From positions 409,933-473,932 of the forward strand of contig NW_001865042.1 in assembly GCF_000002865.3 (NCBI RefSeq): a stretch of 64,000 bases of DNA. Direction: 5' to 3'. A program made the translations under genes and the position numbers. The DNA comes from Monosiga brevicollis MX1 (lineage: Eukaryota). The notes under the pieces were generated by a model that had not been told where the DNA came from, did not search any database, and saw only the letters and a list, made by a program, of their open reading frames with translations. Of this stretch, positions 1 through 14,500 are shown piece after piece. Numbering within the stretch: position 1 is the first letter of the stretch; the number at the start of each line of letters is the position of its first letter.

Positions 1-382
1 AGATGGTCGCCCCCGCATCAGCGCAATCCCCCCTCCCCCACTTGCTTTACGTACCTTCGCTCTCGCCAGTTGATGTTGCCTCAAGCTTCTCTTTCCCCCT
101 CGCACGCGCCGGCCGCCGCGGATCCTCAGATCAACTTGCACGTCCCCACGAGGCCTCACACCTTGTCCGTTTGATTTGTTGATGTTTTAATGCTCAAAGC
201 AAAAACATGACGTATTACAACACAAACTACAAGCGAAGCTCTACACCAACTCCCTTTCAGTGCCTTGATCACCAGCACAAACGTACTTAATAGCGACACA
301 AACTCGAACCAAAAGTGCGGAAAAAGCAAGAAAAATGAAAAAAAAATTTCAAATTCATGAGTTGAGTTTTGACTGACACATC

Positions 383-3300
383 ATGATGATGCGACGGGCT
401 GCAGCGATCGCCTGCTTGGGACTGGTGCTGATGTGGGGCGGTGGGGCAAAGGGCGGGAGGGAGATGGTGTGGCATGTGGGGCCAGCGGGCAATCATGACT
501 TTATGAGCGTTCATGCTGCTGCTGAGGCGCTGGTTCAGAAAGAAGAAGATTTGGCAAACGTCACGCACTTGCGGATCGTGATCCATGACGGTCACTTAGA
601 TCGACCACTGCAGCTGAATGCACGCCACTCCTTGCCAGACGGCACCGTCACTTGGACCGGTGCCCAAGCAGGCCAACGCCTCACCACCGCCTTGCCTGTC
701 CATGGCTTTACGCGCAAGTCCAGCACACCGGATGGATCCAGCTTGTGGTCGACCGTGGTACCCGACCATGCAAACGCATTCACCGATGTCTACTGGCAGG
801 GCCAGGCCTTGACTCGAGCACGCACGCCCAATCTGGGCCAGTTTTTTGTATGGGATCGGCCCCTTTGCCCAGTACGTAGAGATTTCGGTCATCAACTTGT
901 TTGCAAGCCCTTGTGAGGTCTAATCGATTCCTTTGATCTGCCTCAGCTTGGTCCTAATGAGACACTGCGCATGTGATTCTTATATTCAGGATGTGCGGAC
1001 CAACGCCACGTGCGCAAAAGAAGCTCGTTTCGGCTTCTACTATGCACACAATGACGTCCAGGAGGCCTGGCGCAATGAGAGCAACGCCCAGTTTATGGTG
1101 TACCACGGCTGGACTGCGTCGCGTCACCACCTCCGCATCATCGACCCCAGCGCGCAGCGCGTGCTCTTCACCAATCCATCGGATCGCCCCATCGGCTACT
1201 GGCCAAACGTCGACAGCGAGGGGGGCGGTCGCTACTTTGTCGAAAACATTCGCAGTGGACTCGATGCAAATTTTGAGTGGTACTTTGACTCGACCACCCG
1301 CGAGCTGAGCCTGCTACTCCCAGAAACCCTGAACCTCACGGACGGCGACATCTGGATTCCCCAAACCGACAACCTGCTCTTTGTCAACGGCACCCACAAC
1401 CATGACTTTTCTGGCATCGACTTTACCTACACCAATTGGGTCTGCGGCCCGACAACTGTCTGTGACAAGCAGTCGGCTTCCTGGCAGAGGCAAGCTGCCA
1501 TCGATCTTTTCGATGTGGTCAATGTGACCTTTAGCAATAACGAAATTGTCGGTGCTGGTGCCTGCGCTGTCTGGGTCCACGGGTCCTCTGTCAATATCAC
1601 GGTTGATCGCAATGTGCTTCGCGATTTGGGGACGGGGGCTCTTCGCGTCGGGGATGAAACTCCGGAAGACGGGGTCCCTTATCGAGTAAGTCACTCTCCT
1701 CGTGACACTGCACATCAAGTCAAGTGACCGTGTCGCTCGGTCTCTCTTTGACTCGAAATCATGCCCACCTCAGGTGACTTTACAAAACAACATTATCCAT
1801 CGAGGTATGCCAAGTCCGCCCACTTGACAGAGTTTGGGCACAGTTCTGGCTGCTCACCACACGCCCAATGGTTTGGGCTGAGCTTCTGGCAGGTGGTCTA
1901 TCTTTTCCTTCAGGTACCCCCATCTTGATTCAAAAAGCCATCAACGTCTCTGTTGTGCACAACGAAGTGTCCTATTTCTCGTATGCGGGCATCTCGGTGG
2001 GCTGGAGCTGGAATTTTGAAGATCCGTCCTCCACGGCCAACGTGACCGTGGCATACAATCACGTTCATGACCTTGGCACTGGTACTTTTCGTCAGGTGTG
2101 TAGTCTTGATAGACGTGGCAACAATAATATGCCTTGCGCGCGACATAAGGGCATGTCTCAGATGATGAGTTGTGATTATACTGGGCATGACAATGGGTGT
2201 CGACCTCTTGTGATAGCTGGGTGACGCCATGGCAGCTGTGTACACACTGGGCGTGTTGCATGGCACGGAGGTGCACCACAATCTACTTCACGATGTGTAT
2301 GCATGGTATACGGGTGGCTTCTGCCTCTCGCAAGACCAAGGTACAGCTTCAATCAAAGCGTCTATGGAATACTTGGCACTTATGGCCTCGCTCTTCTTCC
2401 TAACATGTTTTGACTGTGGCCGTTTCTTCAGGCTCGAGTGACATTTCGTTTCATGACAACGTCTGTCATGGCACAACGGGCGCCTCGCAGACGCAACATT
2501 ATGGTGTCAACAACACGTGGGTTGTGGGCACCACCTCCACCAGCCAGCCAGCCAGTCAGCCAGCCAGTCAGCCGTGTCGCTCATTTGACATTTGCTTCTT
2601 CTACGATTTGCATTTATAGGTACGAAAACAACATCTTTGCTGCGGCCCTCACAGAGTCATGGACGTACCAAAATTCGCCGGGTATCCGCAGCGTGCCGCC
2701 AGACAACCAAGCACAACAGTTCATCTTTCGCCATAACATTGTCTATGTGACTAATTTCACAAATGCCACACAGCCCCTATTCTTGGTTGGTCTGTTGCAT
2801 TGTCCCTGCAAATGGCCCCGCTTTGATGTCATAAGCCTGTACCTCAATCATTCAAGCCTCCTCCCATGCTTGTATATTTCCGTGTGTGCCAGGGTTCATA
2901 TGAGGCCGATGCCTTCCTGAATGTGACCTTTGAGAGCAATCTCTATTGGAGCACGGTGCTGGGTGCAAATCTGACTGCGGCCCTTACATGGGGCGGCGAG
3001 GTCTGTTTTGCAGTTAGCCCAGTGAGCGAGAGCCGTTTTACTTGACTTGTTCCAACAGCTCACGGTTTTTGCTTCTTCTCGGGTGGGGCATGCCAACTCG
3101 CGTGTTGTAGGCCGGAGGGCTCAACAAAACCACCTTTGCGGATTGGCAGAATGGCTGCGGGACTAGCCGTGCTGCAAGCGCAGCAGGCACTTGCTCTGGT
3201 GGGTTTGCCAATGGGACGTGTCAACAAGCGACCCTGTGGCTCCTTTGGGCCTGACGCGCAAACCTGCTTGCAATCAAATCCATGTAGGCCCACAACAGGA

Positions 3301-3541
3301 CTTGGGCTCCCTCGTGGCAGATCCGCAGTTTAAGAGTCCATCGACGCTTGACTTTTCCATACCTGCTGGTTCACCGGCGTACCAGGTGCGCAGCCAGCAA
3401 GACGCGAGTGCGGCCTGTCCCAAACGCCGTGCTAACGTAGACCTGGTATCACTCGCATGCGCACAGGTTGGCTTCAAGCCGATTGACCTCAGCCAAGTCG
3501 GACCCCTCCCCTCCTTGCCCGATCAGATTATAAGTACTTGA
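383..3541 (+). CDS. Secreted right-handed parallel beta-helix protein (GH141-like / pectin-lyase fold), multi-exon
   Basis: N-terminal signal-like stretch MMMRRAAAIACLGLVLMWGGGA. Motifs LTRARTPN, YHGWTASRHH, GRYFVENIRSGLDANFEWYFD, YAGISVGWSW, VAYNHVHDLG and C-terminal SLVADPQF..DFSIPAGSPA/GFKPIDLSQVGP are typical of bacterial beta-helix glycoside hydrolases. GT-AG introns present, e.g. 872-989. Confidence 0.75.
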
Positions 3542-3634
3542 GCAACGGTGCCATCAGCATTCAAACGTCTGACCTGACCCACACTCACGCATTGCATGTT
3601 ATGTGTGGCCCCGCTCCCAATTTAAAAGTTGGCC

Positions 3635-3638
<4 letters not shown>

Positions 3639-3701
<63 letters not shown>
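3639..3701. repeat. (CA)n microsatellite
   Basis: Read directly. Confidence 0.95.
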
Positions 3702-3703
<2 letters not shown>

Positions 3704-3818
3704 CCAACAAAAATTCAACAAGTCCATCCAAAAAAAAAAAGTTGTGGATCAAACCAATAAATAATTTCAACAGCAAGTCAGCACACACACACACACACAC
3801 ACGCGCACTTGAAGCATC

Positions 3819-4598
3819 ATGGCAGGGACTACAGGGGCAGCTGCGGCTGGGGCACGCCAGCTGACTCTGGCATTGATCAAGCCCGACGTGGCTGCACACC
3901 CTCATCGAGTGGAAACCATTCTGCGCATCATGCGCACGAATGGGTTTGAAGTCCTGCAACGCAAGGTTTGGCCAACCGATTCATGCGCAGCTTGCCATGC
4001 TCGCTAGCCTCACACTGGCTCGCCTACGTGTAGCGTCTGCGCGTGCCCCGGGAGCTTGCAGAAACCTTTTACGGCGAGCATCGTGGTAAGCCTACAGCGA
4101 GGCGCACACGCTTTTGCTGGGCGATGCCACATGATGCTCATGCTGCGCGTTCCACGTGGTTGCATCTGAAAATGAGCAGAAAAGTTTTTCTTCCCTCGTC
4201 TGACCAACTTTATCACGAGCAACGACCTTGAAGCTCTGGTGCTAGCGCGCCCCGAAGCCATTTCTGTGTGGCGTGCCCTTCTTGGTCCCACCAAGGTCTG
4301 AAGCGTCTAAATTCCGGGTTGTATCCGAACATCCTGCCCCTGACTTGGCTCCTCTCCCAGTCTGTCTCGTTCTGTTTTCTCACGCCAAGTGGTTTGGACA
4401 ACAAAGGTTCACCGCACACGCATCACCAATCCCGGCACCTTGCGCGGCCTCTTTGGACTCTCAGATACGCGCAACGTGGGCCACGGCTCAGATTCTCCCG
4501 AGGCTGCCCGGCGTGAAATTGGTCTCTTCTTCCCCGAACTCGACTATGATCAACTTTGGGAGGCCGCGCAAAAGCCAGCTGCGCCGACATCTTCATAA
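3819..4598 (+). CDS. NME6: Nucleoside diphosphate kinase, NME6-like (group II NDK), multi-exon
   Basis: [62 protein letters not shown] (catalytic His) and REIGLFFPE across exons. Confidence 0.88.
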
Positions 4599-4804
4599 GT
4601 CTGCCTGTACCAGCCTTCGGGCCCACCAAACGGAGGGAAAAGCCCTCACACTCAATGCTCGTGGATACCAATTCCCCGCTTTGACCTGCAAGTTCTATAA
4701 TCGACTCAATGCCAAGAAACAGTTTTGCAGTTTCTCCTTAACGATGTTTGATTGGGTGACGCTCACGTTGCCAACAACGCACAAGCAACATCAAGCTGCG
4801 CCAT

Positions 4805-7800
4805 TTAGCCATGACTATCGTCCGTCATCATGCGCGGCACCACCGACATGGTCATGAGCTCCTGGAACAGCAGTTTGCAAGCGTACGGCAAACGAATGCG
4901 CGAAACCTGTCCAAGAGTGCATGGGAAGGGCGAGCACGAGCACACACAAGCATGAGGGCTGCGTGGGAGATGTTATGCAAGCAGAGTACGGCATCGGGTG
5001 AACTCAACACCAACGGTCCAAACTTACCCGAGTTGAGTTGCGGCAGCGTGTGCACTCAAACTCGTTCTTTTCCAACTTGGCCACACAAGGCAGGCCACAG
5101 ACATCGCAGACGTGCAAGCTGTAGGGATCTGAGACCTATGAAGCGCAAACAGAGCCGTGAGCAAGGTCCCAGACAGCCAACCCGATGTGCTTGCCGAAAA
5201 TGTGAGACAGATTCAGGGAATCAAATTGACACGAGTCTCCATACCTCAAAGAGACGTTCGCGCAGAAACTGGGCAGCGCCATGGGCAATCATGCAATCAC
5301 GCTCCATCTCTCCAAAGCGAAGGCCGCCATCGCGAGAGCGACCCTCCATGGGCTGACGAGTCAAGTTCTGCAGTGGGCCACGGGCGCGGGCATGGATCTT
5401 GTCGTCGACCATGTGCTTGAGGCGCTGGTAGTAAGTGGGACCCAGGAAAACTTGGGCCTGCATCTTTCGGCCGGTGAAGCCGTTGTACATGACCTCGTTA
5501 CCATAGCGCTGGAAATTGTAGCCCTCCAGAATATCAGCAACATCCGTCACGTTGACCTTGGTGAAGGGCGTGGCGTCACCAATGGTACCCGAGTGCGAGG
5601 CAGACCTGCCAATGCCAAGCAAAGGGAGAAATTTGTGAGGAGACGGCACACGACGTGGCAGAACTGCAAACAAGGACAGCAGGGAGGAACACAGAGCAAG
5701 CTAGACCATAAAAACGTACTTTCCAAGCAGACACTCAATCAAGTGACCAATGGTCATACGACTGGGAATGGCATGAGGGTTGACGATAATGTCCGGCACC
5801 ACACCCGAAGCGGCAAACGGCATGTCCTCTTGCGCGTATTGCATGCCACAAGTACCCTTCTGTCCGTGACGACTGGCAAACTTATCACCAATTTGCGGCG
5901 TGCGGACCGAGCGGACGCGAATCTTGACAAACTTCTCGCCCTTCTGGTTGACGCTGATCATAACCTGTCAAAATGCCATCAACCGAAATGGCGCGAGTGA
6001 AGAACGGAACAGCACCAGCTGCCAGGGAGACAAAGGAGAACAGTCGACATCATCGAGGTTGAAGGCAATAAGCTTGCATTTCCTGGTACTTACGCCATCG
6101 ATGATACCACTCTCACTGCTGCGCAAAAACAAGCTCTTGTCACGCTTCTCAAAGCGTCCACCCGATGCTTGGCGCGTCGCCTCGGGCAGCTCCAGCAAAC
6201 GACCCACAATGGCGTCATCTCCGCTCACGCGGATCCCCGGCGCGACAATGCCATCATCTTCCAGCTTGTCGTAGTTTGCACGACGCATGCCAATGCAGTT
6301 TTCGCGGCTCGGCTTGTCAATCTTGATAATCTCGCCGCGCTCCGAGTGCTCTGATGCCGCATATGAACGGTAAAAGACGGATCTACCAACACACGCACCA
6401 AAGGATAAGACCCAACCACTGGTTTCGAGACGTGAGGCAATGTACAGCACCACTGACCGGAAAAGACCACGCTCCACCGAGTAACGGTTCATAATGACCG
6501 AATCCTCCTGGTTATAACCAGTGTAGGTCATGATGCCCACGATTGCGTTAATGCCAGCAGGCAGCTCGGCAAACCGCAAGTAGTTCATTGAGCTAAAGAC
6601 AAACAAGGTACACATGAATGAGCTGGTTTTCAAGTGCAGTTATATTAGCTAGAGTTGAAAACCTGACGTACCGCGTTTGAACGAGGGGCCGTTGAGGGTA
6701 GTACAGCACGTGTGCCAGCGTGTCCATCCGCACATGAAAGTTGGTAATATAGACGCCCATGGCCTGCTTACCCATGGCCGACTGGTAGGTATTACGCGGA
6801 CTCTGGTTGTGATCTGGGAAAGGAATGATGGATGCACAAATGCTCAGAATCATGCTCGGGTGAATCTCGCAGTGCGTGTACGTGTTGCAGTAGCTCGTCT
6901 CCTCCAACGTGCCCTGGTCCCTACGTATTGAACAGCCAGCCGTAGGCATGAGTTCTAACAGTATTCGAGTCTGGCAAAGCAAGGAGGGCCAAGGGGTCAT
7001 GGCCGTACATGGCAATCATGGTTGTTTCCTCTTCGTTGACGTCAATATACTCGACGACACCGCGCTGCACGAGGTGGGTCCAGCTCATTTGCTAGGGTGA
7101 CACGATGCAGACAAAAATAACCAGGGGTCAGCTATGCAGGCTTTTAGGTCTCAAACAAGCGGTGGTACATACATCGTTGCGCAGTGCCATGACATGCGAG
7201 TTCTTCAGCGCAAAGCGGCACCGATTGGCGTCGTCCTTGTTCACGATCAGCAGAGGACGAGTGGTACGGCCCGAATCTATTCAAATCGCACGCAGCAAAA
7301 CAGCAAAGTGGTCAACACTGAGAATTATAGACGGCTTAAAGCAAATGCCAAAAACGAGGGGTCGGGAATAAGAGCACGGACCGGTGACAATGTGGACCTC
7401 GCGCTCGCGAATGTTGCGGAAGATGGACACCTCGGAAGCAACCGAGTGGGCTGCATCCAACAGCTCACCCTCAACGTCGGTACCACGGCGCATCCTATGG
7501 CGATCCAAGTTCAAAGGCAGCAACAAGGTGATGCAGGCGCGGATGCAATGCACAACTACCACTGGACCGGGCTGGACGAGGCTGGGCTGGGCAGGATAAA
7601 TGACGTACTGTCGCATTGTGGTGACCAATTCATCCGGGTGGCTGTGAATGCCCACCCAGTTGCCGTTGACAAACACCTTTGTTGCACTACAATAGCACAG
7701 CAGCAAAAAGATGCGTTAGATCAAGATGCCGTGCTCTCATCTAGAACACACACAAGGCGATGCTTGGCTGACAAAGCCAATCCAGTCACAATTGCCGCAA

Positions 7801-8829
7801 CAACGTGCAACGAAATGTAATTTGCCAACGGCGTACGTTTTAATGGCAGAGCGTGACGGCAAGCGATCGAGGTAATCAAGGCCGCTGGCGCCCAGCAGAT
7901 CATGGACAGGGGTATCGTCCGAGCCGACGGTCAACGAGGCCATGAGCGAGAGGTTCTTGACCAGACCTTTGAAAACAAGCGAGGGATTGGGAAGAAGGGC
8001 ATCATGAGCCGATGCAGAATAAAACGTTGTGCGAAAGCACAGGTGAAGCAAGCGATTCTCCTGTTGTGCTGGGTGGTGGGGACAGCTGGCAGATGACGAC
8101 AAGGTACTTGACGGTGGATCTGCCTCAAGACTCGTTTGACTGAACGTACCAACGGCGTGCCCCTCGGGGGTTTCAGCAGGGCAAATGTAGCCCCAATGGG
8201 TGTTGTGCAGTTGGCGAGGCTTGGCAATCTTGCCCGTGCGGTCAATGGGCGAGTTGAGACGACGCAAGTGTGACAACGTTGACGCAAACGTCAACCGATT
8301 CAACACTTGAGAAACACCCGCTCGGGCTTCGTGTGCCTTCTTCTGGTCACCCCAGTTGCCTGTGGCCAGAGAGTAACGCAAACCCGACCCCAGAATCTCA
8401 ACGTCAAGCAAGGTAATGACCATGAACTTGTGATTGCGGTTGACCAAGTCCGTGACCTTGCGCGTCAGCTGCAAGCAAGCGATCAGTGAATACGGGCACC
8501 AGTTGGAGCACGCAAAGACAAAACATTGTTGCACTCTCTCAAGATTCCTTCAATCCTGCCGAGTGCCTGGCCGAACCTTCTTGGTAAGCTGCTTGAACAG
8601 TGTGCGGAACAAGTAGGCCACGAGCGAGCCTGCCAGGTCCAGACGCTTGTTGCCGTAGTGGTCACGGTCGTCCAGCTCGCGGCGGCGCAGCGCGGCTTGC
8701 AAAGTGCGGTGCACCATGTAGCCCAGGAAGAATGCCTAAATGAAGACAAGATTCAAGTCAGGCAAGAAAGAAATGGAACCTCAATGACGGATAGTAAGCC
8801 GCGACACCACGAGTTGGTCTGCGGACGTA

Positions 8830-8869
<40 letters not shown>

Positions 8870-10686
8870 GCATGCTTCCAGTCACACAAAAGACCATCGC
8901 ATTTCGCAAAGTACGGACCTTGGCTTGCTCGCACTGAGGGCCGACGCCAATATGTGGCAGCATCTCCTTTTGGAGAATATCCCGTGCAAAGCGCACACGC
9001 ATGTCCTTGGACATGCCAACCGCAGCCATACTGCGGCGACCAATCAGGTCAAGCGCGACCTCCCGGGTCTGCACCACAAAGGCCTCATCCAGTGAAGGCT
9101 TGAGAAGTTCCATCATTTCCATGTCGTCAAAATCGTAAATGATGTGCTCGAGGATGCTACGATCGTCCTCAAATCCAAGAGCACGAAAGAGAACCACAAC
9201 GGGAATGTCCTGTCGGATGTATGGCAAGCTGGCATGAATCACTCGGCCAAATGTGGCACGTCCCTTGGTACCGCCGCTTCCACCGCGCAGCATCTTGACC
9301 ATCATGGTGCTGCCAGGCAGACAAGCGGGACAGACAAGTGAGGCAAACAAGCAAGGGTGATCAGTGTCAGAAGGGCTATTGGGGGCGGAAACGACCGAGA
9401 AAAGCCGTGCCCGGCTGCATCTGGCCCACGACGTACCTGGTAGGACGGTTGCTGTCCTCGACAATACTGCGCATTTCCGTAACAAACATGTGCTTGGAAT
9501 CCTTCTTCTCAAACACGTAGACCGTATTTCCTGCCATTTTCTCCTGAGCAATCAAGACCTGCAGCCATGGAAAAAGGAATGTGGTCAGACAGCAACACAT
9601 GGGGAGACAGGAAGAGGCCGCAGGACAAGGCAGATCGGAAAGAGCAGGCGCTCAACCAGGCTCGGAGAGGTACATGGCAATACTCTTGGCTCGACACAGA
9701 CAAGGCCATACCTTCTCGGACCCGTTGATGATAAAGTAGCCTCCAGGATCAAGCGGGCACTCGTTGATATCGTAAAAGTCACGGAAGGTCTCCATTTTGT
9801 TCAAGGTGCAGTACTTGCTGCGCAGCATCATGGGTACCTTGCCCAGGAGAGCGGGGGTGGTGGTGACCTCCTGCTCAATCTCCTGTGTATGGGGGTGGGG
9901 TGAACGAGAATGTGGGTCGCGGACGAGTGTGAGTGAATGCACCAACTATCCTGGTTAGCCACCCGATGTTAATGTGACGATTGTGAGTGATTGTGAGTGT
10001 AGCACGTACGCCTGTCTCGGGATTCTTCTGCTCGACGGTGTGTGTGATCTCGCATTGCATCAAGGACTGATAGGTCAGGTTGCGCAAGCGACAATCGTTC
10101 GGGAACACATGATCGTAGTTGCCATCCTCCTCTTTGTGTTGAGGCAGCGCAAAGCCTGCCTGCCCAAAAGAGATGGTGTGCTTCGGCTAATAATCGAAGC
10201 GTCGACGTGAGAAAAAGAACCAAAAGCAGTGGGCACGTGGCTGGAGCCAGGCTGATAGGACCGGCTGGGATGAGACGACGCGCCGTACCGGCTCCTCAAT
10301 CTCGTTGGAGAGGTACTGCAAGCGACCCTGCACTTCGATCGGAGGAGAATTCTTGATAATTTTCTGCACTGTGTAGGTGATAAAGTGGTCAAACGAGTCC
10401 AGCTGCTGGCGAACCAGACCCTTTTCGCGAAAGTATGCGTTGATGACTTCCCAGCAAGCCTCATCCCAGTTGTCAATGTCGGCATCATCATCAACGTCTA
10501 TCAAACAACAACACGCAACACCCACCACGACATGAGTCCGAGGAGATCTAGAAGCAGAAGCAAATGCATGCTGACGTTGAGAGGCAAGAGCCACCACAAC
10601 TCAAGCCGCTTGGTCTGGCTTGATTGGGTTGGCACCACGAAACGACACGCACAGGGATCATTATCCCAATCCGCCTCCATGTTCAT
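4805..10686 (-). CDS. RPB2: DNA-directed RNA polymerase II second-largest subunit, multi-exon
   Basis: [109 protein letters not shown], a C-terminal Zn ribbon and [11 protein letters not shown]. Stop TAA at 4805-4807. Confidence 0.98.
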
Positions 10687-11525
10687 GCTTGCGGTGGCTG
10701 TTGAAACGAGAAAGCGCAGCTAAACGTCTTGAACGTGACGATAATGCAACTGCCAAGCTCAACCGGGTCCGGTCCTGATGCCTGCAGCCCGTTGCGGCGC
10801 GCTGCCGCGTGTATCCCAACGAGCTGATGAGGTACCAAAGAGTTTACAACGCCCTTTCTCAAACAAGGAAGAAGCAGAAGGGGGGGGATTCTTGGCACTG
10901 ATCGCATTAGTCCCAGCAGCCGTGCATGCGCACCTCGAATGCACCGAGCCACTAGCGCTCACGACTGAGCTGCGTGCCAACTGCCAAGACAGATTTCAGC
11001 ATTGTTGTTCAGATGAGAAGGCGGGTCATACACTCCCGCGCACACACTGCACATGAGCTCCGCACAAGCACACGCTATCAAATCCAAAAGATTTTGAGCA
11101 GACCATCATACGTCCAATGAAACGAGCCCACTACACCCACCCGCTGCCGTTTGCCTGCACGTCCTCCCTCGCGTCGCGTCGCGCGCTCCGTCAACCGTCG
11201 CTGCTGCCTCACAGAGACAACTGACACTTGGTTCTCTCACTTGGTAGCAGGTTCATCGACGACTTCAATAAGTCATCGTTCCTCGACAATAACCTCTACC
11301 CCAGAAAACGTTGTTTTACCTTTGCACTAGCAGCCACTACTGCAAATACATCAGTAGCTGCAACATGGCCTGAACTGGCAACAACAACACACTGTCCCAC
11401 CGTGTTTCTCCCGTCCGTCCTTTGATCTGACAATTTGGAATGACAGATAAAAGGGGTCAACCATCTCAGCCATTTTCAAGTTGAGCCAGCTGCTGGTTCG
11501 CCGTCGCAAAACGGCAGCGACCAAG

Positions 11526-14500
11526 ATGGCGCTGGTCATCGGCAACTCGACCTTTGGGGATGTGACTCAGACCCTTGAGGCGCTCAAGCCTAGTACGTTG
11601 CGCTCTACAGTGTGTGATCTTTTTGCGTGCTGTGTTTGGGTTTACAACTTGAGCTTGCTTCGAGCCTGCGTCTCATGTCCGACGGTCGTCTCGTTAGAGC
11701 TCAGCCAACCGGGGCGGGCGCGCCTTGAGGGCTTGTACCGGCTCCCAGACATGCTCCGCGATAATCTCACTGCCCGGGCAATCAACGCCACTTTTTCGCT
11801 CTTGGCCAACGCCTTTACTCAGTTCGTGACCTCCATCGCCTGCCAAGCACTCAGCGAGTCGCGCCCTGCTCACCAATCGTCAATCTTTGATCTGACTGAT
11901 CACGGCTGTTAGAGAGGACAATGAACTGCGCTATGCTATCATGACGACCCTACAGCAGTGCCGAACCTTCATCATGCATGTTCGTAGATAGTGATGCGTT
12001 TCGAGCTCCTGTACGAGGTCGCCCATGCACATGTAATAACTAGCTCATCCACTGGCGCATGTGCTTGTGGCAAACTCTGAACAGACGGCCACCCTTGATT
12101 ACATCATCCCCAACTTTGTCAAAGTGCTGCATAGTAATGATGCTCTGGCCCGGACCCTCACGCTCAAGTCCGTGCCTGACCAAGCCCTGGGAAATTTCAG
12201 CCCCCTGATACACAGAACCCGCGCACTCGGCTTGCTCACGCATCTTGACTCCTCATCCCGCTGCTCAGGTCATTGCTGCCGCTTGCTGCGATGGCCGCCC
12301 AGCAAAGCGTTTTGTACGACCAGTACGTGCCCCTGCTCTTCAATGGGACTTGTTGCATTCCTCTTGGCCTGTACAAGATACCTGACTTTAATCTGCGAGC
12401 AGCGTGTTTCAATCTTTAGAAAGCCATCACTGGCCTGAGAAGCGTGCAGCTCTGCAACTGAGCAAACAGCTGTGTCGGTAAGGCGCAAACCGTGCACAAC
12501 TTCTGGCAACCACTCAAAATACCTAAACGCCTAGCTGTGGCTAGATTGTGTCCTCTTGCCACCAGCATCTCATCACACATGCTGGCCGGTGGGATGATGA
12601 ACTCCTCAAAACGAGCAGGCATTCGCAAGTGTTCGCCGCCCTGCTTCTGAATCAGGTTCAAACCTCACCCGCCCGCCACATTTGCTTCTTCTCTCTTTCT
12701 TGTCAGCCCACGCGTGTGAGCGTACCTGTTGTTATGCTTTCGCTTGCTCACGAACCAACCACGCTCGCACGCCCGCAACTCCAGCTTGAGCAACTCCTAC
12801 CCCGCTGCGAACTTGAGACAGTGCGCTGCGCCTATCTGCGACTCGCCGCAGAAGCTGCTGCTGCTTTTGCTGGATCGTTTGGAACTGATCTTGGCAACAC
12901 GGCGCCTGCTGCTTCAACCGCTGCAAGCCTCAGCCTTTATGGACTTGATCGATCCTGGTCGCCAAATGCCATTCGTCTACTTCGTCAACATCTGACCTCC
13001 CTGCCTTCGACGTACGCACTCGCAATTCGGACGGGCCCCGCCTTGTTGCTGACACGTGTCCTCACCTGAGCTTCTCCTTCCTGCTTGACGCAATGCTGGC
13101 GCCCTTGAACCTTTTTGGCACATCTTGATGCAAATGTACAATGCGTGACCTAGGGTCGAGGCGTGTATTTGCTTGCTGGCACTTGCCAAGTGTTTGCGGG
13201 CGCTGGTGGTTGATGAACAGACCACTCTTGATGTCTCGGCAACCCTCAATCATGTGGTACAAAGTTTACTGCGCGAGCGACCCACCGAGGACCATCCAGT
13301 GGTTTTAAAGTATGTTGTTGCGCTGACGCTGCGTGGCAAGGGCTCACGTTGCGCCACGGACCAAGTCTTGCATTTTGAAGTCTGGTCCTGGGACTTGTCT
13401 CACCCGCTGGATGGCGGCCATGCTGATGCCACGTTTAGTGCTCTGGTGGCCTGTGTACGAGCACAACCCGCCCTAGCTGATGCTGCGCTTTTGGGGCTTC
13501 TCCTGCCTAAGACACGCCTTCCACAGCTTTGCCCCCTGGTCCGTAAACGTGTCGTCCTCCCCAACGTGTGTGCTCACCCATCAAAGCTCACTCCTATACT
13601 TCCACCACCCCCAGATCCTAGATATCTTTGAGGCCGCGCTGTGCGTCCAAAATGAAACGCTGTACCAGCTTGATTCAGAGGCCCTCTGTGGCGTGTTGCA
13701 GCCGCTCCAGGCGACGCTGCAAGCACGCTTGCAGGATCCAGACACCAGTGTGGCCGTGGTACTTGTTTCCTTCAACGTCCTTGGTCGAGTTGCAGCTTTA
13801 CGTTACACTTCGCCGGCCCTGGAATCGGCGCTCCAGGACTGGCCCGCGCTTGAGCAGCGACAGGACATGTGGGGAGAATACGCCAGTCGATGCCTCCCTG
13901 ACCCAACGCGCTCGCGACCCCTAGCCGACCAAGTTGCAGATTTTAGTGCCTTGCTGCGTGACCTCGAGCGCGGATGGCTAGATGAGCTCACATGGGCTGC
14001 AGCTGCAAAACCGGCGATTCTTCTCATGCACCTCCTGCAGCGCGCTCTGACCGTGGACGTGACTCTTGTCAGCAGCGTGGCTGTTGGCCTCGAAAGCTTG
14101 GTTGCGGCGCTGCGTCGCGTGGCAGTAATGTGCCCCTCTGCTGTGCCCGATGACGTCGAGTGTGCTTTGATGGATCTCGTGACGGCCTGCATCGACCTTA
14201 TTGGTCAGCACGACAATGCGCGACACCTCTTGCCAACCCGCGTTGCTTCCCTTTTGGCGCTGGCTGCTGCCAACAGCGAGGAAGCAACTGTGGCTGTTCA
14301 AAGGTTGTATCAAACCGTTGTAGCGCAAAATGATGGCTGGCTCACGTATCGCCTGCAGCGCCGGCTCTTGATGAATGGAATGATGGTGGTGGCTGAGAGT
14401 CGACCCGTCTCTCCAGTGGATAACCCGGAGGGGGACAGTATGCACCCCTCAAAGCGTGCCAAAATAGCTTTGACCAACACGCGTCAGGTTCTGGGCCAGC

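Noticed and set aside
1..230. Possible first exon of a divergent minus-strand gene (donor GAAG|GTACGT at 54)
   Set aside because: Too little sequence in the window to support a call.
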